DNA of 24,618 bases from Oligoflexales bacterium (lineage in GTDB: Bacteria > Bdellovibrionota_B > Oligoflexia > Oligoflexales > Bog-1112), in NCBI GenBank assembly GCA_045105515.1, contig JBGCDR010000208.1:1-24618 (forward strand), given 5' to 3'. The notes under the pieces were generated by a model, which was not told the DNA's origin, did no database searches, and saw only the letters and a program-made list of their open reading frames with translations. A program made the translations under genes and the position numbers. This document shows positions 18,137 to 24,618 of the stretch, one piece after another. The first letter of the stretch is position 1. The number at the start of each line of letters is the position of its first letter.

Positions 18137-18625
18137 TTAAAGACTACAAGAGTTTAGACCTTTTTTGTCTAAATATCGTTGATGGTATTCTTCAGCCAAG
18201 TAGAAATTTACTTCTGGCTCAATTAAGGTGACTATAGTTCTTTTGTTACCTTGCTCGTTAAATTTGTTCTGGAGTTTACTTCTACTTTCTATCGCTGCTA
18301 GTTTTTGTTCCTCACTAGTGTAAAAAATAGCTGAGCGGTATTGTGATCCTATATCATAGCCTTGTCGGTTTAAAGTGCTTGGATCATGGCATTTCCAAAA
18401 ATTATGAAGCAATTCTATATAGCTTAGTTGTATAGGATCAAAAAGTACCATCACTGTTTCTGCATGTCCGGTCTTTCCAGTGCAAACCTCTTGATAATTA
18501 GGATCTTGGGTGTTTCCTCCCATGTAGCCTACTTTAGCATCAACAACCCCATTTAGCCCGCGAAACAAAGATTCAACGCCCCAGAAGCAACCAGCTGAAA
18601 AGTATGCTTTTTCTAATTTATCCAT
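18137..18625 (-). CDS. msrA: Peptide-methionine (S)-S-oxide reductase
   Basis: AGCFWGVE, GYMGG, VCTGKTGHAE, HDPSTLNRQG.DIGSQYRSAIF and FYLAEEYHQRYL. Confidence 0.98.
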   Translation of the reverse strand: MDKLEKAYFSAGCFWGVESLFRGLNGVVDAKVGYMGGNTQDPNYQEVCTGKTGHAETVMVLFDPIQLSYIELLHNFWKCHDPSTLNRQGYDIGSQYRSAIFYTSEEQKLAAIESRSKLQNKFNEQGNKRTIVTLIEPEVNFYLAEEYHQRYLDKKGLNSCSL

Positions 18626-18905
18626 GCTTAAATCCTCAAAAAATAGACTGAACAGGGTTGGTAGTGTTTTTCAAATAGAAGAATATAGTCATCATAAAGG
18701 CCTAAAATTATGTTGTAAAAATCGTGTAGTTATTTTTATGTAAATTTTCACATTAGCCCAGCCGACTAGACTAGTACTTTAGGGAAGCTAATGGACAAGC
18801 TTCTCTTCTCAAGTGGCAATGAAATGATAAGCAATCTTTTTTAAAAAGTAAATCTCAGGATTTCTTTTTTAGTGGGATCGTATTCTTTGGAGAGGGAGAA
18901 TCGTT

Positions 18906-20183
18906 GTGTCAAATTTCGCGGTTAATCTAGGAAAATCTACAGCTCAGGTCAAGTGGTTTGTTGTTTTAATCCTGCTATTTTCACCAGCATTAGCTTCAGC
19001 AGATCTTAAGGATCTAGAAGCTAGAAAAGCATGTGACAGGCTCTATTTAAGGTTAAATTACGGTACGCCAGCACCCGCAACATTTATTGATACCTGCGGA
19101 GGAACAGCAGCAGCACCTAAGACTTTTGCTACAGAAGATGAAGCAAAAACCCATTATCTTGCGCAAGCTAAGATAGCTGCTGAAGAACCTTATTTCTTAA
19201 AGACCGTCTATAGTATCGCTTCCAGGTGGACTACAGAAGACGGAAAATACTTACAGGGTAATGCAAATGACGTAGCTCTTACAATTGTTGGAGCAGCAAA
19301 AGATAATATTAATCTACGTAGGGTCATGTATGACGATCTAATCTATACCTGTACCGGTGTAGTTCCGGCTTATAGTAGGGATAACCTTGAACATCATGAT
19401 GCATGTGCTGCATTACCTCCAAGCCAATGGCAAGCAATTTTAACTGGTGTTAAGCAAACTGACTTTGGTGTTGAACCTACTTTAGTATCTGGTTTGACTA
19501 CACTGAGAGGTCATTGTCAAGTATTCGCAAATGCTGGTACTAACCGAGCTTACATCCGCTTTACATTACTCCATTTTCTAGGTGAAGACATCGAAGGCTG
19601 GCAAGATTTGCAGGTTGATGATTCTTGTGTAGGTGAGGATGTTCCACGTGCTCCTGGTGATGAAACTGAAACTTACAATAAGAAATGTAAAGCATGTCAT
19701 GCTGGTATGGATTGCATGCGATCTGCATATGCTTACATTGACTGGGTAGATAATGAAGATGCTTCATTCTGCTCTTTAACTCCAGGTGTTGTTGCAGGTA
19801 AGTACTCTGGTAACCCTGGTGACGATTTAGCAAGGCAGTTAGCTCTGCCTACCGTTGATGATTCTTGGGAGCTACGTTGGAATCAGAATGATAATGCGAA
19901 AGCAGGTTGGAGAGACGAAAACATGCAGAAGTATCAAGAAGGCATGAAAGTGAAAGGAAAAGGTCCAGCATCTTTAAATCGCCTTTTTGCGAATACCGAT
20001 CAGTTTCACTTGAATGCTGCTCGTCAGATCTTGTCTTACGTATGTAATGTGGAACTTGGTGCTCCAGACTTGGACTTACATCGTTCTAAAGAGATCAAAG
20101 AGGTAGTACCTGATCCGGCTGCAGACGTTTCTGTTAAGGATTTGGCAGCCAGATCTATATTAACGTGTTTGGAAGACAAATAA
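18906..20183 (+). CDS. Exported protein with one CxxCH (putative c-type heme) motif, function unknown
   Basis: Signal peptide ending ALASA; AGTNRA..RFT, EDVPRAPGD, CKACHAGMD and AYAY.D; GTG start with GGAG RBS. Confidence 0.75.
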   Translation: MSNFAVNLGKSTAQVKWFVVLILLFSPALASADLKDLEARKACDRLYLRLNYGTPAPATFIDTCGGTAAAPKTFATEDEAKTHYLAQAKIAAEEPYFLKTVYSIASRWTTEDGKYLQGNANDVALTIVGAAKDNINLRRVMYDDLIYTCTGVVPAYSRDNLEHHDACAALPPSQWQAILTGVKQTDFGVEPTLVSGLTTLRGHCQVFANAGTNRAYIRFTLLHFLGEDIEGWQDLQVDDSCVGEDVPRAPGDETETYNKKCKACHAGMDCMRSAYAYIDWVDNEDASFCSLTPGVVAGKYSGNPGDDLARQLALPTVDDSWELRWNQNDNAKAGWRDENMQKYQEGMKVKGKGPASLNRLFANTDQFHLNAARQILSYVCNVELGAPDLDLHRSKEIKEVVPDPAADVSVKDLAARSILTCLEDK

Positions 20184-20265
20184 AGCAAAGTGTTGTCCCA
20201 GTTTGATTTTTATTTGCTCAAAATATTAATGAATGATTACTTTTTTACTGAGAGAGAGGGAAGTT

Positions 20266-21057
20266 ATGAATCGATTTTATGGTGTACTATTAACAAAAAT
20301 TCTAGTTCTAGGCCTAGCAACGGGCTGCGGTTTGACGAGGTTTGGGTCAAAAAGCTCTAAATCTCCGGTAACAACCGATTCTACGGAAGCCATCAATGGT
20401 GAGATTGTTACAACAGATAGTGATGTAAACGAAGAAAACAATGATACGGCTAATAATGGTGGGACAGATGGTGGAATGAATGACGGAATGGATGATGGGA
20501 TGAACAATGGCCCTACTCTTGACCCAGAGCCAACCATACAAGAAATTGAGTTAGAAAATCTTGGAATCGGTATTAAGAGTGCTCAGCAGGTTTTTGAAAC
20601 TATGGTCAACATCACTGGTATCCCTGCAGATCAAGCTGATGTTGCTGCAGGATATGACGCTTACTTTGCTTCTTTAACTCCTGAAGACAGGTCACGAAAT
20701 CTAAAGCTTTCTCCTGGACAGGTTACCGCATTAACGAATCTAGTACTTCCATTCTGTCGACTTGCAGCTACTGATGATGCTGTGAGAACTCGCATGTATG
20801 GCGCTAGAGTTGACTTTAACCAGACTCCTGGTGCTCTTTCTCCGACTGAAAGAATTGACCTGAGTATGGTTTGGGCAGAGAGACTTTGGGCAGATGGTCG
20901 TTTAGGAACCCTACCAGCTAACCAACAAGCAGTTTTATCTGCTTTTGCAGACAAGGTTATCACAGACGTGGACAACCAAGCTGCTGCAGGCACTCCTTTG
21001 GTAGCAACAACGGTATGCGTTGGAACGGTGATCGCTTTCCAATCAATTGAATTTTAA
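20266..21057 (+). CDS. Lipoprotein of unknown function
   Basis: ATG 20266 with GAGGG RBS; lipobox ATG-C; low-complexity linker (GMNDGMDDGMNNG); domain GIKS..QV..TM..ITGI...Q..AL..L...FC. Confidence 0.8.
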   Translation: MNRFYGVLLTKILVLGLATGCGLTRFGSKSSKSPVTTDSTEAINGEIVTTDSDVNEENNDTANNGGTDGGMNDGMDDGMNNGPTLDPEPTIQEIELENLGIGIKSAQQVFETMVNITGIPADQADVAAGYDAYFASLTPEDRSRNLKLSPGQVTALTNLVLPFCRLAATDDAVRTRMYGARVDFNQTPGALSPTERIDLSMVWAERLWADGRLGTLPANQQAVLSAFADKVITDVDNQAAAGTPLVATTVCVGTVIAFQSIEF

Positions 21058-21131
21058 GTTTTAGTGATCGAAACAGGGTTTTAGTTAAATAATAAAAAAT
21101 TAAGAATTATAAAATATATAAATTAGGAGTT

Positions 21132-22622
21132 ATGAAAATGGGAAATAAGAAGAAGCCACTATTACATCACGGCGCTAAACCAATGAACAGAAGAGACGCG
21201 ATTGCGCGTGGATTTATGATGGGAAGTAGTATCGCAGTTGTTCCAAGTGTTTTTACTGAGATATTAGCACAAAAAGCTTTTGGCGCAGAGTGTGCAAGTA
21301 TAGATGTGGGAGCAAATGAGCGCATCCCTCTTATGACTTTCCACTTCCAAGGTGGTATTAACTTTTTAAACACTGGAATGGGAATGCGTGGTGACGGCGC
21401 TGGTGGAAATGCCGACGCGATGGCAGGAGGTGCATACACAGATAATGGTATGCCTGATAGTTCTGAAGCAAACCGCATGTTGCTTGGTGGTGTTAAAACT
21501 TGGTCTGACAGTGCTCTTGTTGCTGCTGTTACTGATACCTGTACTGCAGCAAATGTTAACCGAGACTTGCTATTTAGTTCCACTGCTCACGTTGGCTTTG
21601 CTAATGACACCAATGATGATACCTCTAACTTAGACTTTGGTAACTTTACTAGACACTATATTGAAGGTATCCCAGCTTTGAATTTAGCTGGAGTTCCATC
21701 TCCTACCAATATGGTTTCTCAGTTATTTGGTAGCAGTGGTAACGGTGGTCGTTATCAGACTAGTATTGCTTCAGAAGTAGTTGTGGATCAAATTCGCAAC
21801 AATGATGCTGCAAGAGCTCTCCTTGACTCCAGTGAGGCAGGTAATGCTTTTGGTGGTCTTGCAAACTTAACAAATGCATTAAAAGCTGGACAAGATGTAA
21901 GTGCATTACGCTTTCAGCAGCATGTGATTGATCCTAATGTTGCTAATAACCTTGAGTGTGCTTATCAGGAATCTTCACGTATTTTGACGTCAAACACTCC
22001 TGACAATATTGATTATACCTTAGACCCAGCTTTTGATGGATTGGAAGCTATTGCAACTGCTCAGGGTGCAGATCAGGGTGAAGTGCAAACTGCATTTGCT
22101 CACGCAAAAGCAGTTCTTGATGGTTACGCTGTAACTTCTGCACAGAATTTAGGTGGTTATGATAATCACGGTGGTAACAATGCTGATAGGCAATACAATG
22201 ACGCTGTTGCTGGTTATTCTTTGATAACTTGCATTGCAATTGCAGCGGCAAGAAAAGGAAAGCCACTTGCTATTGCTATGATGACTGATGGTTCGCAAAA
22301 CGGTGATGGTGGAGCTAATAATCTAGGCACTAGAAATGCTACCACTTCTGACTCAGCAGCTAATGGTTCAAGTCATATCATAGCATTTGGTACCGTGGAT
22401 CTTGCTGCCGGAACTCTGCTACAGGCGGCCCAAGTAAAGGGTAACGATCCCATGGGAGCCCAATACGGGATTATTACTGCAGCCGGGGTTTCAGGTGTAG
22501 GTCCAAGCGCTGGTTACAATATTGGTGACTCAGCGATGATTTCCCAGTTTATGGCTATGGAGGCCCTTGGTCTTAATGGCATAGGTGAATCAGGATTCTT
22601 TATGCCTTTTGTTACAGCTTAA
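21132..22622 (+). CDS. Tat-exported protein, DUF1501-like, function unknown
   Basis: AGGAG RBS; twin-arginine MNRRDAI followed by a hydrophobic stretch; F.F.GG and GGYDNHG resemble DUF1501-type motifs. Confidence 0.65.
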   Translation: MKMGNKKKPLLHHGAKPMNRRDAIARGFMMGSSIAVVPSVFTEILAQKAFGAECASIDVGANERIPLMTFHFQGGINFLNTGMGMRGDGAGGNADAMAGGAYTDNGMPDSSEANRMLLGGVKTWSDSALVAAVTDTCTAANVNRDLLFSSTAHVGFANDTNDDTSNLDFGNFTRHYIEGIPALNLAGVPSPTNMVSQLFGSSGNGGRYQTSIASEVVVDQIRNNDAARALLDSSEAGNAFGGLANLTNALKAGQDVSALRFQQHVIDPNVANNLECAYQESSRILTSNTPDNIDYTLDPAFDGLEAIATAQGADQGEVQTAFAHAKAVLDGYAVTSAQNLGGYDNHGGNNADRQYNDAVAGYSLITCIAIAAARKGKPLAIAMMTDGSQNGDGGANNLGTRNATTSDSAANGSSHIIAFGTVDLAAGTLLQAAQVKGNDPMGAQYGIITAAGVSGVGPSAGYNIGDSAMISQFMAMEALGLNGIGESGFFMPFVTA

Positions 22623-22640
22623 TTTACTTGAACTAACTAT

Positions 22641-22690
22641 CATGCTCTCTTTGTAGGCTCTTTTTTCCTACAATTTGAGCATGGTTTTTT
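22641..22690 (+). terminator. Extended hairpin plus U-tract inside the cluster
   Basis: CATGCTC/GAGCATG and TTGTAGG/CCTACAA stems followed by GTTTTTT. Confidence 0.65.
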
Positions 22691-22709
22691 GCTTACTGAG
22701 GGAGATGAT

Positions 22710-24341
22710 ATGCATAGATGTTTTTTAGGCCTAATGGTCATGCTTATGGGCATTAACATGAGCCTGATTACGTCTTGTTCGAATTCAAGCTCGAAAAAAG
22801 ATGTGAATTACGTCACAACGAGATCTGAACAGCAAAGCGGAATCGTGCATGAGACCACTAAAGATATAACGGAAAATCGTGGGTCGGGTGATGCTACAGC
22901 AGTTATTGAGCAAGGTAGTAGTAACCAAGGTAATGGAACTGGAACTTCATCAAATAGCGGTGTCGTTGATTCTGCTTCTGAGAATATGGCATTGTTAACT
23001 TCTTGTGTAACCTCAGCAGAGTCTGCAGAAGAAGGTCTCATTCCTCTCCTCGAAGCAAATTGTGCAAGGTGTCATACGGTTGGGCCTGGTTCTGCTTACT
23101 GGGTTCCTGATAATCATCAGGCAACTTGTGGACGCCTCCTTGGTGGCCTTGGTGAAAATGATAGGTATAACGTGGTTGAAAATGTTGGGCGTGTATTCTT
23201 GACCCTTCCTGATCAATCACGTTTGGTTAGCAAGCTGCAAGCCGAACATAACTGTTGGTCGGGAAGCTGTGAAGAGGATGCGGCAGCAATGCAAGCAGCT
23301 ATCAGCAAGTGGAGCAAAGATACTCAGGATCTGAGAACGCGGATAGCAGCAGAAGCGGGTGGTGTAAATGCGCCTGAGGTAGCGCTTACCGGCTTAAGTG
23401 AGGCTCCTTCAGAAGGAGTCCGGGTGAACTTCGTCAAATTGGAAGCAGAAGATCCAAATGCTATCAAAGTTGGAGAATGGGCCGAGGGCAACCTTGAAGA
23501 TGGTGGGAAAACTATGTATCAGATGGATGCGAATAATTGCGGAAACCAGAACGAACGCTCATGGGAAAGAAATAGTGCTCTAGCCTCGATAAATTTCCCT
23601 TTAACAGTTGAACAGAGCGGTGATTATTTCTTGTATGTTAGCCTTGCAACTGATGCGGGTAATCAAAATTCATTCTTTTATGCTGTTGATAATGTGCCGT
23701 TCTATAACGACCCTGACAATCCAGCTGTCAATGATCCTGCTCATGATCATGAAGTTAGTGGTAATGTAGAAGTGCCTATTCTTGCTAGGGCTTCTATTGA
23801 AAACGATCAAAATAATTTGTTGACTCCTCTTACAGGCTTGGTGGCAGGACAGACAGTCAATGTGACGATGACATGCCGAGAGATTGATGCCCGTCTTGAT
23901 TTTGTGATGCTTTGTCAGAATGAAGATCCTGCTAACTGTATTATCCCTGAAGAAGAGACTGAATATTATCTTGATGTGGAAGCAAAGGATCGAGTTACGG
24001 GTGAAGAATTCTGTGGCATGCCAGCCAAATTGAGGTTTAGATTTTTTGTTGCTCAGGATGGTAATTATGTCTTGAGAAAGCCACAGTTGCTTGATCCAAG
24101 TAGTACTCCTGAGAATGCAATGCCTCTTAGTACCGGCGCAAAGATCACTAATTTACGAGTGGGTGTATACGACGGCACAAATGTTATTTATGATACGACC
24201 CGTTCTGGATTCAACAAGGAATATATCTCTCCGACGGGATCTGTTGAGCCATTTGCGGAAAATGCGATTATTGTTGATGCAATCAACAAAGTCGGACTTG
24301 ATAAGATCTCTTTGAAATTTGAATGTGAACAAATGCCATAG
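22710..24341 (+). CDS. Lipoprotein with a c-type cytochrome-like domain (CARCH) and a CBM-like beta-sandwich
   Basis: GAGGGAG RBS; lipobox ITS-C; S/G/N-rich linker; NCARCH...SRLVSKL..EHNCW...C; then KLEAED...GDYFLYV...NSFFYAVD, a pattern seen in galactose-binding-like domains. Confidence 0.75.
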   Translation: MHRCFLGLMVMLMGINMSLITSCSNSSSKKDVNYVTTRSEQQSGIVHETTKDITENRGSGDATAVIEQGSSNQGNGTGTSSNSGVVDSASENMALLTSCVTSAESAEEGLIPLLEANCARCHTVGPGSAYWVPDNHQATCGRLLGGLGENDRYNVVENVGRVFLTLPDQSRLVSKLQAEHNCWSGSCEEDAAAMQAAISKWSKDTQDLRTRIAAEAGGVNAPEVALTGLSEAPSEGVRVNFVKLEAEDPNAIKVGEWAEGNLEDGGKTMYQMDANNCGNQNERSWERNSALASINFPLTVEQSGDYFLYVSLATDAGNQNSFFYAVDNVPFYNDPDNPAVNDPAHDHEVSGNVEVPILARASIENDQNNLLTPLTGLVAGQTVNVTMTCREIDARLDFVMLCQNEDPANCIIPEEETEYYLDVEAKDRVTGEEFCGMPAKLRFRFFVAQDGNYVLRKPQLLDPSSTPENAMPLSTGAKITNLRVGVYDGTNVIYDTTRSGFNKEYISPTGSVEPFAENAIIVDAINKVGLDKISLKFECEQMP

Positions 24342-24366
24342 CTTTGAGAGGGCTCGAGGGGTTACC

Positions 24367-24489
24367 ATGAATGTTCATTTTGTAAGTGAGTTTTCAAAAC
24401 TCATTTTTGTTTCTTCACTCGCTTTAATGTTTTCTTGTTCTAGTGATGTGGAACCTAGAAAAGTCAAACGAGACACCACTGAGCACTGA
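24367..24489 (+). pseudogene. Truncated lipoprotein gene (40 aa), probably interrupted
   Basis: GAGGG RBS; MNVHFVSEFSKLIFVSSLALMFS-C24 signal and lipobox, then TGA only 16 codons after the Cys. Not in the supplied ORF track. Confidence 0.6.
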
Positions 24490-24618
24490 CTGAACTCTAA
24501 AAACTCGTCATACAAGCCGAAGACATATTAAAAATCAATTTTCGCACAGATTAGGTATTATGCTGAATTTACATATGAATTCAGGAAATCTGTGGGCATG
24601 AAACTAAAAAATATCAAC
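24478..24618. mobile_element. Possible IS end or foreign stub
   Basis: Begins about where the lipoprotein frame is lost. An ATG at 24598 (MKLKNIN...) runs off the window end. IS identity is inference only. Confidence 0.3.

Noticed and set aside
20467..20511. Degenerate 12-nt repeat (GATGGAATG-like)
   Set aside because: It encodes the GMND-type linker of the lipoprotein and is not an independent element.
21132..22622. Type II secretion protein GspF
   Set aside because: It has a Tat signal and no multi-TM platform topology, and there are no other T2SS genes nearby.
19561..24368. Antisense and alternate-frame ORFs in the exported-protein cluster
   Set aside because: Shadows of long sense genes with biased codon usage.

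Overview
AT-rich bacterial chromosomal segment. A Bdellovibrionota/Oligoflexia-like source is a weak guess from gene content only. Recognisable housekeeping genes: a 5'-truncated CobW/ZigA-type zinc chaperone fragment with DUF1826, a PilZ protein, a Kef-type K+/H+ antiporter, mnmA, a CheY-like regulator, xth, oligopeptidase B, an O-antigen-ligase-like protein, an SDR, ahcY, a TM2 protein, a DCC-family oxidoreductase and msrA. The most striking observation is 11005-11898 (-), a predicted exported lipoprotein whose mature part follows, by eye, the motif order of the bacterial gasdermin pore-forming fold; its lipobox Cys sits where bacterial gasdermins carry their acylated N-terminal Cys. Also notable: a cluster of exported proteins of unknown function (two CxxCH proteins, a Tat substrate, lipoproteins; 18.9-24.5 kb), a 24-nt tandem palindromic array flanked by REP-like units (17.35-17.58 kb), a candidate structured RNA between a small gene and ahcY, and a secreted protein with two 6-Cys repeats. 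Genes at both window ends break about 140 nt from the edge, suggesting IS junctions or contig ends. All family calls come from motif recognition; no searches were run.
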